In this document: positions 1-13,881 of the stretch, in pieces
Numbering within the stretch: the stretch's first letter is position 1
Layout of the letters: the number at the start of each line of letters is the position of its first letter
NCBI RefSeq assembly: GCF_964355755.1
Contig: NC_092678.1
Span: forward strand, 15,729,881 to 15,793,880
Reading direction: 5' to 3'
Length of the DNA: 64,000 nucleotides
From: Antedon mediterranea
Lineage: Eukaryota; Animalia; Echinodermata
Notes under the pieces: generated by a model
The model's database searches: none
What the model was told of the DNA's origin: nothing
What the model saw: only the letters and a program-made list of their open reading frames with translations
Position numbers and translations under genes: made by a program

Positions 1-534
1 TACCTCTTGGGCTTTACCCACAAGAGCAGTTTGTAACAACACAGTCCAGTGTCTAGCAGGCCACTTTAATCTATTAGCAATTTTCTCAAAAGCTAAAAAA
101 TATGTCTCTACCTCGTCCTCATTAAACTTGGGAACCCATTTAATATTCTGAGTAATCTCTGAATCATTAGGTGTAGAAACCTGTGTGGTGTGACCCATTT
201 GGTTAGCTAATTCTAATTTTCTTAACTCAAATTCATGTTTTTCTTTTTCCATTTCCCTTTGCATCTCTATTTTTCTTCTTTCAAAAAAAAAATTTTCACG
301 TTCCAACTCAAATCTAGCCAACTCGACCTCATTCCCCGCAGTTTTTACGGATTCATGAGTAATTAAACCAACATGATTTCCAATCACATTTATCAAGTCA
401 TATTTATTCATGGAATCATTTATAGATGCTCCAACCCTAGTACCTAGAAGTCGCAAACGCTCCTCTGATAGCTGAGCTACCACCTCAATGGACATGCTAT
501 CCAAAAATTCCTCGTCAAAATCACTTTCTGACAT
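1..534 (-). CDS. gag: Gag N-terminus of a Gmr1-like Gypsy LTR retrotransposon (runs off window edge)
   Basis: Manual translation from ATG at 534 is open to base 1: MSESDFDEEF...coiled coil (EMQREMEKEKHEFELRKLEL)...WVPKFNEDEVETYFLAFEKIANRLKWPARHWTVLLQTALVGKAQEV, typical of Gmr1/SCAN-type Gag. Absent from the ORF track, presumably because no stop lies in the window. Confidence 0.85.
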   Translation of the reverse strand, partial: MSESDFDEEFLDSMSIEVVAQLSEERLRLLGTRVGASINDSMNKYDLINVIGNHVGLITHESVKTAGNEVELARFELERENFFFERRKIEMQREMEKEKHEFELRKLELANQMGHTTQVSTPNDSEITQNIKWVPKFNEDEVETYFLAFEKIANRLKWPARHWTVLLQTALVGKAQEV

Positions 535-890
535 AGTTTCTATTTGAAACAAACAAACAAAAACACAGGTTAAAATAACCAATATGACGATAATTAAGGC
601 ACCAGTAATGAAATACCTGCCAAGCCCACACAGTATTAAACCTACCGTGCGCCGTGGTCTCATAAACTAGACCCCTAAAATCAAGGCCAAACAGACTTCT
701 GGTATCACAGACAGGCAAGCCTACACAAGCAAAAACAACAACACAGTGTACTGGCTCGACGACCGCCAAATCTTGTTCGTTATAAAACGCCTCTAAACCT
801 AAAACCAGCTTAGAATAAGTAACTAAAATTACCATCAGTTCGATCTACAAACTACAATTCCGCACTTTGTTCACGGATGACCCCCCAATT

Positions 891-1023
891 TGTTACGGGC
901 TCGCTCGTTAGGCTGAAACCAACGATAATAACATAACAAAACACGTTGTAGTTGTCGTCCATCTTTATTCATCTCCTCTCTTTTATTCTAGAGGGCTCAC
1001 TTCCGTGTGACAAACCCATCACA
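891..1023 (-). mobile_element. Short 5' LTR (about 133 bp) of the Gmr1-like element, followed by a tRNA-Pro-like PBS (about 870-887)
   Basis: Minus strand reads TGTGATGGG...CCCGTAACA (imperfect terminal inverted repeat) with an internal AATAAA, then AAT-TGGGGGGTCATCCG resembling the tRNA-Pro PBS TGGGGGCTCGTCCG; gag lies downstream. Confidence 0.7.
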
Positions 1024-1457
1024 AAGTGAATAAATTTAATATTACTTTGATATGGCCACTTTAAATTTAGAATATTTTGACCTTCATTTTTTTGTGTTTC
1101 AAGGGAAAATACATCTTTAAGAATGATGAATTAATAGGCCTATCTATTTTATAATAATTATGTAATTTCACAATTAATAAAACATACCAGTTATAATAAC
1201 AAATTACTGTAAAAAAAACAGACGAATCCAAGCAAACTACATTATGGTAAAGTATTACAGTCTTCTTTTATCATTATTATGATAATAATAATAAAAAGAA
1301 AACAACAAAAAGCATCGGGTATTATTATTTTAGATTTGGATGAATATTCTGTAATTGTAAAGCATAACAAGTAAAACGATGACTATAATAATTGTGGTTA
1401 TCTTACAACGAAAATATACTATTTTCAAAAGTATGATAAACAAGAGAAAGTACTCAC

Positions 1458-1529
1458 AGTTCTGTCAATGATGTCAAACCATTGAAAACATTTGCTGATA
1501 ATGTTGTTATTTGATTACTGCCCAAATGC
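1458..1529 (-). CDS. 72-nt LRR exon, intact (HLGSNQITTLSANVFNGLTSLTEL)
   Basis: Minus strand ttttcAG|72 nt|GTgagt, phase 2-2, encodes one typical 24-aa LRR with no stops. Confidence 0.85.
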
Positions 1530-3628
1530 CTGAAAACCGTGAAAAAGCAATAATAATTATATGTATAGTTTCAAGGTACAGTAAACAACCATATTATTAT
1601 TTTACATCAATGTAATTAAAATATAAATAATATGATTCGTGGATATGGATCAACATCTACAATACAATATAACCGACAATAGCCCTATTACAAACACACA
1701 TTTTATTAAATGATGATGATCTATGTATTCTGCTATTTAATTTTTCATTATGGCATAATTTCACACGTCTGCCGGTGGTTATACAGTAACTGAATTAAAG
1801 AGTAAAAGTTTACAGCCAGTGTTAGTAGTAACATCTGGTTAAATGAATACACAGTAAACCCTAATACAATTTTATGCGGAACAAAATAAAATCTGACGAA
1901 TAGTAACAAAATGACAAATAAAAAGCAATTAATATACCTCAGATTTAAGAATAAGAACCTCAATTTTCGATAATTATAATTGAATAACTAAATGTCAATG
2001 TTATAGAAATCAAAAAAGTTGAAATAAAAATTAAAGTGTATAGCATGGTATAAATGTGGATCTCGATGATCAGTGACGTAAACGGATAATATGTATTCGT
2101 CATTGGTGGACATTTATCTGTAGAAGAAGACGGTTACAATAACAGTAAGGATGAGTTCTCATACAATTCTCTCATTCGTGCCGATGAAAGTGATACGTCC
2201 TAAGCCCTCCTTACCACTACTGTAGTAACGGAGGGATAACGCTATATTATAGAGGAAGAAAATAGCAGTATTTGATTTGTGACAATGAAACTATTACGTC
2301 ATAAGTTTTCCTAACTACGAATGGATAAGGAATTATACGTGTAGGGCCTACGTACCAAACTACTGTAGATTTATTTATTTATTTTATGTTCAATCTTCCT
2401 ACATAACAAAAAAAAACATAGGCCTATAGTATAACAGGATAGTAGCGGAAAAGCAAAAGTAATAAAACTGTCATCTTGTGATGCGCTTGACCAGCCCCTG
2501 TCAACTAGAACGATAATATAAAACTGAAATTTTAACAATAAATATAAAAAAATACATAGAAAAATATGCTATTTATAAAATACTAATTAAAGTGTTAGAA
2601 TATAAAAATGAAATTGCTATAAGAACATTTTTATTTCAGGCCTATAAAAGTTAAAAATTCAAATGTATATTTGCATAACTTTTATTTTATAAAATATGAA
2701 AAGTTACAAATCTATAAAATGTTACTTTAAACTGTGTTTAAACTTAAAAAATCGACTCTCCAATAAGATCATTTATGATCGTAACAGAGTTTGGAAAACC
2801 GTACTATACCTGAGTATTTAAAAGCATCAGTACGGGCTCTACCATAATGAAAGGTAAGTATATATTAATGTCGGTTATTAACTAAAAAAAGAACCAACAG
2901 AATCAACATAGATAACAGATGCCTCTCGTAGTCTCATTTTCCTTGATTGGCGAACGAAAAAGCATTCGTAATGTTTATGACGTATGCTGTCATATACTGT
3001 AATTTAATTATGATAATATTAGTTTCCTTTTGGTTAACTTTAGATGATGTTCATTTGAACAATATCAACAGACAAACTAAACAAACACTTAAGTTGCAAT
3101 TTGTTCTAGGTTCATTCTAATTTTGACTTATTTTTTACTGGTGTTTTGGTGTGAAAGGTAAAATCAAGCAACTCCGGAGTTCAAAACAGAGGAGTTGAAC
3201 AGCTGAACAGTCTCCGGATGTGTAGTTACCATGATAGTAGTGGTGTAGTTACTTAAAGAATGGCATGATTTCTAAATTCAACATTGTCTGCTATACAGTA
3301 TCTTCTGAATACAATTTTGTAATAATTATATAACTTCTCATTTAATAAAATCAGTTATAATAACAAAAATTACTGTAATAAAAGTGACGAATCCAAACAA
3401 ACTACACACAGGAGCTTGTGTTAAATTAGTACATGTTTTATTTTATCATTATTAAGATACATTAATCATAATTTTAAAATAAACATCGGGTTCGATTATT
3501 TTAGATTTAAATGAAAATTCTGCAATTGCAAAGGATCAACAACTAAAACGATGACAATAATAATTGTGGTTATCTTACAAAGAAAATATACTATTTCAAA
3601 AGTATGATAAACAATAGCAAGCACTCAC

Positions 3629-3700
3629 AGTTTTGTCAATGATGTCAAACCATCAAACACATTTGCTGTTAATGTAGTTATTTGGTTACCGTACAGCCAC
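3629..3700 (-). CDS. 72-nt LRR exon, intact (WLYGNQITTLTANVFDGLTSLTKL)
   Basis: ttttcAG|72 nt|GTgagt, same phase and LRR consensus as 1458-1529. Confidence 0.85.
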
Positions 3701-3744
3701 CTGAAAACCGTTAAAAACGAAACAAATATTTATATGTATAGTAT

Positions 3745-4378
3745 TACCTCTTTTACACCGTCAGTAAAAATGCAGAGTTGATCCGGAATTGTATAACCCG
3801 AGTCGTAACCGGGACGCAAAAATGCGGAAATGTAGGACAGTGTAAACGACGTAAAAAGTTACCCGGGTCGCTGAATTACCCAGGTAAGTGATGCGGAATG
3901 TATTCAGCGTCAAGAAGTCAACCCGGGACGCACCCAGGATGAACCTGTGTTTGCGGTGTAAAACGCTCAGTGTATCTTTACCCGTTTGTTTACTATCCTC
4001 GCTCACTATAGTATTTAATTTACATACAATTAGGATAAGATTGATTTTGTTTATTCGCTTATTCAATAAATTAAACTTATGGTTATTTGTTATTCATTTT
4101 TATTTCAAGATATTATTCTTCCCGAGTAGACTTATTTTGTGTGAGTATTGCCATAAAACAAACTTGTGGGAGTTATAATGAGCAGACCGTTACTATGGTG
4201 TCTCTTCATGCGTGAGAGGGCGATATTTCGATTGATCTAGAACATTTACACGGGTTGGAATTTTTCAGTGTAAATATACGCAACCCATGTCATTCCCGTG
4301 TTAAGAATCGTGTGTGAAAAGGAAATTTATCCGGACACGACACGGGTTTGTTATAAGCTCGGCGGTGTAAAAGGGGTA
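3745..4378. mobile_element. PIF/Harbinger-type MITE (634 bp)
   Basis: TIRs TACCTCTTTTACACCG / CGGTGTAAAAGGGGTA and a 3-bp TSD TAT; the empty site tatagTATgtctacc is visible in the paralogous unit near 36515-36530. Confidence 0.8.
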
Positions 4379-5864
4379 TATGTCTACCAAGGGACAGTAC
4401 GATCAAGGATTATTTATTTGTATTCATTTCGAAACAACAATGATGACATAAAAACATTAATTTTGTGACAAAAAAGGCATACAAGTATAAAGCCAGTGTT
4501 AGTAGTAAAATCTGGTTGAATGACAACATAGTTAACCCTAATACACATTTCTGCGGAACAAACGACTTTGACCTAAAATAAAATCTGACGAATAGTAACA
4601 AAATGACAAATGAAAAGCAATTAATATACCACAGATTTATGAATAACAACATCTTTCGATAATTATAATTAAATAATTAAATATCAATGTTATAGAAATC
4701 GAAAAAGTTGAAATAAAAAAAAAGTGTATAGCATTGTATAAATGAGGATCTCGACTATCGGTGAAGTAAACGGATAATATGTATTCGTCAATGATGGACA
4801 TGTATCTGTAGAAGAAGACGGATACAAGAACAGTAACGATTCTTTCCTTCGTGCCGATGAAAGTGATACGTCCTAAGCCCACCTTACCACTGTACTAACG
4901 AAGGGATAACGTTATATTATAGAGGAAGGTAATAGCAGTATTTGATTTTTACCAATGAAATTAATATATCATAAGTTTGCCTAACTACGAATGGATAAGG
5001 CTATATACGTGTAGGGCCTATGTACCACACTATTGTAGATTTATTTATTTTATTTTCAACCATTCTACATAACAAAAAAAACATAGGCCTATAGTATAAC
5101 AGGAGAGTAGCGGAAAAGCAAAGTAATAAAACTGTCATCTTGTGATGTTCTTGAATAGCCCCTGAAAACTAAAACGATAAAATAAAACCAAAATTATAAC
5201 AATAAATATAGAAAAAAAAAACATAGAAAAATATTCTATTTATAAAATGCTAATAAAAGTGTTATAATATAAAAATACAATTGCTCTCAGAATATTCTAT
5301 AAAAGTTAAAAATTCAGAGTAAGGTATAATATAAAAAACCATGTACATTTGCATAACCTTTGGTTTATAAAATATGAAAATTTACAAATCTTTAAAGTGG
5401 AGCTACACTCAGACTTTCTCAGCTTATATTATGTTTAAGTATGTTTAATTGAAAGTAATTACATAAAAAAAACCAGGAAAAATACGGAAATATTTTCCAA
5501 AAACTAGTTTACAATACGTCGCGAAACGCGTTACACTTAGCGTTTAGTCGATGGTCAACGCATTGTGGAAATTTCTTCCCTTTGGTAAATTATGTGTCGA
5601 AAAATGGGGAATAAATTTTATACATGATACATGTTATGTTACTTTAAACTGTGTTTAAACTTAAATAAAACGACTCTCCAATAAGATTATTTCTGATCGT
5701 AACACAGTTTGAGAAACCGTACTATCCCAGAGTAAAAGCATCAGTACGGGCTCTACCATAATAAAAGGTAAATATACATTGGTGTCGGTTATTAACTAAA
5801 AAAAGAACCAACAGAATCAACATAGATAACAGATGCCTCTCATAACGACGTTTTCGTAGTCTAC

Positions 5865-6042
5865 AGCCTGTTTTCCCTTCGACGTTATTCGACGCTATCG
5901 TTAACAATAATCGGCGATCTTCTACGTAAACATTGAAATGTTAACGATTTACAGGAAAAGGTACTCGCTATGGTTATCATTTCAACTTGATCGTTTTCAA
6001 ACGATCGTTGTTGAACTGTTAACGATCAACAAGAAACAGGCT
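5865..6042. mobile_element. Small MITE with AGCCTGTTT termini
   Basis: AGCCTGTTT...AAACAGGCT inverted ends; absent from paralogous units near 37085-37105 and 49995-50015. Confidence 0.65.
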
Positions 6043-6154
6043 TTATGTTGTTTGATTGGCGATCGTAAAAGCATTCGTAATGTTTATGACGTATGACGTC
6101 ATATACTGTATTTTTTATTGGATTAAGATTGAATGAACTCATAATAATGTTTTA

Positions 6155-6565
6155 TACCCCTTTCACACCAAATAAGCAAAACTCCGTAAACACTCCGGAG
6201 TTGACGCCCCGGTGTTTTGGTGTGAAAGGGAAATTACATTTTCAATGCATTGCTGTTTTTCCGATCATCCACAAATGATGTACATTCATTAAAAAAAATG
6301 TCATCTACCTCCGTTACGCTTCACCAATAATAACTTTACACATAAAATAATTGTCACCATTTAATTGCAGAAATAAATATTGACTAGCTATAATAATGAA
6401 CTAATCAATCAATTCAATAGCTGACATTTAATTGTATTAAAACGATATGCAATTTTGATATCGTATGGTTTAGTTCATTCGGTCACATACACGGCACATA
6501 GGCCGTATACTTATTTATCGTAGGATTTTGTTATTGTGTTGTTGTGTTTTGGCGTGAAAGGGGTA
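6155..6565. mobile_element. PIF/Harbinger-type MITE, version 1
   Basis: TACCCCTTTCACACCAAA...TTTGGCGTGAAAGGGGTA with TTA TSD; same site occupied at 37338 and 50248. Confidence 0.8.
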
Positions 6566-7338
6566 TTAGAAACGTCGTTTTTGTGACACTGTGTTTCATA
6601 CGGTGGAATGTCATTTTAAACTAAGCTGGTCTAACGTATTTTAAATGAATACAGTGTGTAGAGGTAGGAGGAGAAACTGTTGACGTTGTTTATCTCACAA
6701 CTTGGAAATACAGAACATCATTACATCACATGCCTGTATCATTAGCTTATGAGTTAGGTTATGGTATATGATAGTAGGTGATATATGTGAAACATGTGAT
6801 GTTGTATTACCGAATGTTCCTATGATACTATAGAAATCGAGATACAATTCCAAAAATCAGGTGTATGTTAGACGTTACTCCGGCTTGGAATAGAGGTCTT
6901 AGCTTTAACCAACTTAATTCTGTAATGTGCCTGTACACTTTTTTGAGGCAAACATTATACCGTGTATACATGGAAAGGGTGCCGTATAGACATTATAATT
7001 GCTTAATCCTTTCTGAAACAATGTACAGTTTTAGAATGTTAATTTTAACTTGGCTGGTCCAACAATTTGAGATGAATGCAGTGTGTAGAGGTAGGAGGAG
7101 AAACTGTCGGCGTTGTTTATTTCCTATAAAAGTACAATCGTACGATAATGGGGTGTCCAACGCCAGTGGCCTTACGAAGACGTGTATTTCGAGCTATTAA
7201 AACGTTTTAACATTTTATAGAATATGTCTACAAAAGGCCTGCGTAGTGTGTTGTATGTAAACTAGAATTTGGTAGTCCGATAAATTGTTCAGAGCATACA
7301 AACAACTGCATGTAGATAATTAAATTGTTACATATGTT

Positions 7339-7410
7339 AAGTATTATCTCAGAAGCAAACGCAGAAATGCACCTTGCTCTATGGTAGTTATAGCGTTATC
7401 ATCTAAATAC
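7339..7410 (-). pseudogene. Divergent LRR exon (YLDDNAITTIEQGAF...), frameshifted
   Basis: tttgcAG acceptor at 7411-7412, then an LRR consensus; one T missing relative to the copies at 38688 and 51169; no clean donor. Confidence 0.6.
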
Positions 7411-9817
7411 CTGCAAATAAATCAATATACACACACTTCCAAGGAAGATGTATTGTAAAACTACTATATAACAATACAATAACTAGAATAACAAACAAGT
7501 TTTCTGCTATATTTCATAGTACCGTTATGTAATTTTTTTCTTCATTTCAGTGGCCGATTAGACTTTCTCTGACACACGAATAATTGTCAAAGGCAGGCTA
7601 ATTTTGCCATTATGAGGTGCAAATCTGAGAGAGAGGAAATTATAAAGTGTAGAAACAGATATCACCTAACAAGCAAGCTATTACTGAACCATACAATGTG
7701 AAAATCATAAAAATGGCTAAACTCTGGAAAATGCTATTTTTCACATTTTAACTTAAGTTATTCTTACGGACGGATAACGTGAATAATGTACGTAGGCCTA
7801 CAATCCGAATTAGGTCCGATTTGTTGCACGTGCGAATAAAGAACCAGTGCTAATCCACCGTACGGAGGAAAAATAACGGATTCATCTCATAATTACATTA
7901 TTTTTAATTTAATAATATTTAAGTGATAATAATAATTTAATGTAAAACTAACGAATCGAAGCATCAATACACACAATACAACTACAGTAGCCTATGTGAA
8001 AAATAGTGTTTATTTTTCAATTATACCACATAGTTACGTTCAGTACTGAAATATTTTAGGATTTAAAAGAATAAAATATCTATGTGACGAAGACGGATAT
8101 GACGATCAACCTCAAAAATCATGTGACAGAAATGATTTTAAGACTTGATTTGAATATGGTTATATTGACCATAGTAACATAGATATACAATGTAATAACA
8201 TGATAAAGATATACAAAACAAAATTACAATAAAAAAGCCCCTGGCAATAGCAAACAGTCAAATCCGTCACTGGCCGTCATCTCCGTCACATCTCCGTCAC
8301 AAAGAATCATTGGGAAATTTGATGGAGTTGAGCGTGACGGAGATGATGTATTTAGCATAGGACAGGACAGGATCACCCCGTAGGCATATTTGACAGCGGA
8401 GACGGAGTGCATACTGCTAGATCCATGAATAAATTGTACTTCCAGTTGAAAAAAAACCCAACAATTTTAATTATTTAATGAGTACTATACCGTTCGGATA
8501 TGACGTCCAATAAAGGTACGCAACTTTAATTTTTATAAAACCTTGTCTATTAGGCCTAATTTAGTCTCTAAACCCATGTCTATTCTAGTAGTAGCTGTGT
8601 GGGTGTGTGTGACGTGTGTGTGTTAGGTATGACCAAAGATAGTTACACTATCTTTGGTAAGACACAATCCGAGTAATAAGTCAGCAAAATTAAACAATAA
8701 ACATTACACAAAAATATATTTTTTATTCTCGTGGGTCAAATCTTCCCATCTCATGTGTTCATATACGCGCATTTTTAAAGTTCCTTTGAGTACATGCATA
8801 TTGTTTGATAATAAAATAGCAGAATTAAAAATATACAGTACACAAATTATACACATTCTTTATTCTTGTGGGTCTAAGTTTTCTTTGGGCTATGTCCAAT
8901 GAATTACTACTTTAGTTTAATGTCTTGCCTAGCTGTCGATTAGCCTCGACTCGACACATTTTGTGTGAAGAAGAGTGCGCGAAGGCAATCACGTGAATTG
9001 ATTTAGAATCCTAGGCCTACTGTAGAAAGTATCGTATCGCAGTTGTGTAATCACTTCTTGTTGCTATACGCTTGGGTGCACACGGAACAACAAATTTAAC
9101 TGATGAATTATTCATGTTTATTTTGTGACGTTTCATGAGGGGTCCCCAACTTATGTACGAAAAAAAAAATCGCGATCGGGACATGGGGTTTTATGGGGTT
9201 GCCTGAAATTTATATATTTTTAAAATAACAATATCAATGTTATTATCTTTGGTTGATGTAATTAATTCATCTTACAATAATGTTGATTATGATATAGGCC
9301 TAAGTCAAGAATTTGTATTTTTTAATAAGGAATTTTCAGTCTCTTTCACACCAAAGTACCGGAACACGATTTTAGACACTTACTGAAGAAAAGTTCCTAA
9401 TAAAAGTCCTCTAATTGGAAATGTACAAGATACAATGCACTGTGTCCATTAGATTTTCTACATTTTATGTAACACTTGTTTGTGTTATGCGAGGTTTGAA
9501 CAATTTATGCAATTGAAAATTGGGTGGAATTCCTTGCGCAAATTGAATCCAACTACTCGATTAAAATTGATCAGATTAAAAAATAGTGCAATGTATTTTA
9601 GTATGTGATAAAACCAAAATTAAAATAAACCTGTGACGTATAAATATAAAAATAATGCAAGTCAATTCAACTCAATTCAATTCAAAGTAACATTTATTTT
9701 CTTCAAATTAAAACAGTATACACAATGATGTAAAGAAAGGTAATTAAATTGAAGAAGGCATGTTAACAAAAAAGCAAAAAGCTTGTGACAGACATGCCTA
9801 AACAAAGGTGAAATTTA

Positions 9818-12800
9818 ATTGAAGCATCCCCGGATAACCCACTTCCTGGAGGGCTTTTAATCACACCCTTAATAGTCAAGTTAGAACATATGGGCCCAGT
9901 TAAATTTAGAGTTCCTTTGTCAAATTCTAGTAAAGAAATTAGGCTAAATAGAAACTTTAAAATTGCCACTGCTTTCATCCGCCAGTCTATAACGCATCAC
10001 AGTCCGGAAGTTCACTGTAACTCAAGTACGGCCTCAAACAATTTTAATTTTGATAGCTCGCCAATTTCACATATAGGTAAGGCGAAATTTATTAATTTAC
10101 TTAATAATCATCCGAATGTTTTTTCAAAGAATGATTTAGATATAGTGAGAACTTCGTCTGTAAAACATAAAATACACATAACTAATGACACCCCATTCAG
10201 TCAACCTTGTAGGAGGATACCTGATCTGATTTCAATGATGCTAGGGACCTCATTCAAGATTTATTAAGGAAGAATATCATTAGAGTCCGAAAGCCAGTAT
10301 ATCTCTCCTATAGTATTAGTCAGGAAAAAGAAGACTAACGAAATTCGATTATGTATAGATTACAGACTTCTAAATTCTAGGTCGGTTAGGGACCAATACA
10401 ACGTCCCCAAAATTGAAGATGCCCTTACAACCTTACGTGGTGCCAAATGGTTCTCATGTCTTGACCTCAAATCAGGCTATTACCAAATTGAAATGGCTGA
10501 GGAGGATAAAGCAAAAACTGCATTTTGGTGTCCATTGGGATTCTATGAATTTAACCGAATGCCCCTAGGGATTACTAATGCCCCGCCACCTTCCAACGAC
10601 TGATGGAAAAGTGCATGGGGGAGTTAACATTTTCCAACGTTCTAGTTTATTTAGATGACTTACTAGTTTTTTCAACCACATTAGACGAACACCTTGCTAA
10701 GTTAGACAAAGTATTATCTAGGCTTGAAGAGTATGGCTTGAAACTATATCCAGACAAGTGCAATTTTGCCCAAACGTCCATTAAGTGCTTGGGCCATGTC
10801 ATATCGGAGGATGGGATAAGCACTGACCCAGATAAGGTAGAGGCTGTCAAATCTTGGCCTCGCCCCTCAAATGTAAAAGAATTGAAATCATTTCTAGGTT
10901 TTGCTGGTTATTATCGACGATTTATACAGCATTATAGCCATATTGCCAAACCATTAAACCAACTTATGACTAAGTATGACCCAATACGTAAACGAGGTAA
11001 AACTTTCAAAAAACCGAAATCAAATACTCCCTCAGACAGGCGCCCTAGTCCTAATACTCCATTTGGTACTAATTGGTCCGAATCATGTCAGGTGGCATTT
11101 GATGTACTAATAGATAAATTGTCTTCAGCCTCTATATTAGGATTCGCAGACTACAATTCACCATTTATTCTACATACCGACGCTAGCACAAGCGGGTTAG
11201 GTGCAGCCCTATATCAAGAGATAAATGGGATAAAGAGGGTAATTGCCTATGCTAGTCGTGGGTTATCCAAAAGTGAAGCCAATTATCCTGCTCATAAATT
11301 AGAGTTTCTTGCCCTAAAATGGGCTGTGACTGAGAAATTTACTGACTATCTTTATGTTCAACTATTTGTAATTTACACGGATAATAACCCCTTAACGTAC
11401 GTGTTGACGACAGCTAAGCTTGACGCTACAGGCCAAAGGTGGCTTGCCGCCCTGGTCAATTACAACTTTGATATTAGATACAAAGCAGGTAGAAACAATC
11501 AAGATGCAGACGGTCTTAGTCGTCGCCCACGTGACCCCCCTTCCAATGACTTTGAATACGAACAATATCAAGAGAAAGCTAAAGCTGACGAAGTGTTAGG
11601 TAGAGTAAAATGTTCATCCTGTTCGTTCACAGCAGTCTGTAATGCTAAAATAGTTAATACGTCTACTATACCTAATGATACAACACCCTTAGTTGAGTCA
11701 GTTAGTGATTCTCCTGATGCAATCCCCGCCATCTATGATAACCCTATTAGGCCTATAGATGGGCAGTCAACCTTGCCTAATGTTACTGCAGCGGAGTGGG
11801 TAGAGCATCAACAACAAGACCCTAATATTAAACCTATTTTTAAATTTGTATATAACAAACGGAAACCTACACAAGATGAACTCACAAAATTACCCGAGGA
11901 AACTAGGCTACTCCTGAGACAGTTTGATACATTATTGGTAAAAGATAATATTCTATACCGCCAATTTGTAAATATTATCGGAGCTATGCAATTGCAATTA
12001 GTACTTCCAACCGCTTATAGAAATAAAGCATTTACTGGCTTACATAATGACATTGGTCACCCTGGGATGGAACGGACCTTGGATCTTGCCCGATCCAGAT
12101 TTTATTGGCCTCGTATGTCCTCCCAAATTGAAGATAAATGTAGGTGTTGTGAACGTTGTGTCCGAAGAAAGGCCCGTGCTACCAAAGCAGCCCCCCTAGT
12201 TAGTGTCAGAACCACCATGCCTATGGAATTAATGTGTATTTACTTTCTGTCTATAGAACCTGATTCTAAGGATACTAGAATGTGTTAGTTGTGACTGACC
12301 ATTTCACTAGATATGCTATTGCTATCCCAACCAAGGACCAAAAAGCCCCCACAGTAGCAAAAGCTCTGTGGAATAACGTCTTTCAACATTATGGCTTTCC
12401 AAAACAATTACATTCAGATCAAGGCAGAGATTTCGAATCAAAAGTTATCCAAGATTTATGTAAATATTTAGGAGTAAGAAAATCTCGTACAACCCCATAC
12501 CATCCCCAGGGTAATGGTCAGGTAGAACGGTTTAACCAAACCCTGCTTAAAATGCTAGGCACTCTAGAAAACCAAAAGAAAGAACATTGGCGAGACCATG
12601 TTGCACCCTTAGTGCATACATACAATTGTACTAAGAATGATGCTACGGGAATGTCCCCATATTATTTAATGTTTGGTAGAGAAGCCCGCCTCCCAATTGA
12701 CATCCAACTAGGTATTGACCCAAACCAAAATGGTTCACTTTCTCCAAGGGGATATGCCGATAAATTAAGACATCGCCTAGAAACAGCACACCAATTAGCC

Positions 12801-13100
12801 CAGGAAATGGCAACCTAGAAAGCTAATGCCAATAAAGCCCGATATGATAGTATAGTGCGTGAATGCACTATTTACAAGGGTGATAGGGTACTAGTAAAAA
12901 ATGTGCGCTTAAGGGGTAAACATAAACTTGCTGATATGTAGGAAGAAACTATTTATGTGGTTTTGGAACAAATAGGGGACAACCCTGTGTACAAGATAGA
13001 GCCTGAAGATAGTGATGCAATACTAGAACATTGCATAGAAATATGCTACTCCCATGTAGGTTTGCTACAGCAAAGGAAACTCCCCTAAAAGTGGTACTAA
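9818..13100 (+). pseudogene. pol: Decayed Ty3/Gypsy pol (RT, RNase H, integrase), 5'-truncated
   Basis: RT motifs CIDYRLLN, LDLKSGYYQI and YLDD; RNase H TDAS...ELEF-like and YTDNNPL; integrase HHCC, SDQG and PQGNGQVERFN. Split by frameshifts near 10220, 10590 and 12280 and by stops after 12818. Confidence 0.92.
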
Positions 13101-13881
13101 AGAAAAACAAAGACAGAGAAAGCCTGTCACTCGACAAGGGCACAAAACGCCTAAGTCAACTGTCCCACAGCCAGAACTATCTGGACATGAAACAAGTGAT
13201 AGTGATTTAGATTATTACATTCCAAATTCAGTTCACACACTTCAACAACCAACAGATCCATCTATACCTCCTAATCTGGGTAATGACCAAAACGTGGGTC
13301 AAACTATTATTGACACCCCAATTGTTAACGAAATAGAACCTCAGATCAATGAGGAAGATGTAATAGTTAACCATGATATTAATGATATCGAAGATGCTGT
13401 TATTCCTAATTTAGACAACATAATATTGATAATGCTAATAATGAGCCTGATATTCAACATGATGTCCACAAACCACAGGCTAATACAGATGATACCTTAC
13501 GTCCTAAACGGCTAAGAACATAGCCAGAAAGGTTAGGTTATTTTGCTCCCGGCCAACAAGTTACATCAACTTCTAATATGGTGGTCCAAGTCATTGGGAT
13601 GCAAAACCAAATGTTTGCTGATATGATGCAATCTCAATTATCACTTTTAAGAGGCTCTAAGCCGAATTAGTTTTATAATGTTATTTTTACTATATGTTTA
13701 TATATACACGCCAATTTTGATTCCTTTTCAATGTAATATTTTTTTTCACTGTCTATTTTTATGTATTAAGACAGGTGAATTACGATCAAAAACTAAATGG
13801 TGACGTTTTTAATGTTAATGTTGGTTACCATTGAGTTGTTGAGCGTCGTCCGGGGACGGACGAATATGTTGGCAGGGTGAG

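Noticed and set aside
5392-5636. Kolobok-like fragments (also about 1024-1120 and 9150-9205)
   Set aside because: Only single TTAAAG-type or partial ends are visible; no paired TIRs or TSDs, so they were not annotated as features.
1748-7200. Short hydrophobic ORFs in the repeated units as small membrane proteins
   Set aside because: Starts, stops and frames are not conserved between paralogous units; F/I/L richness follows from AT content.
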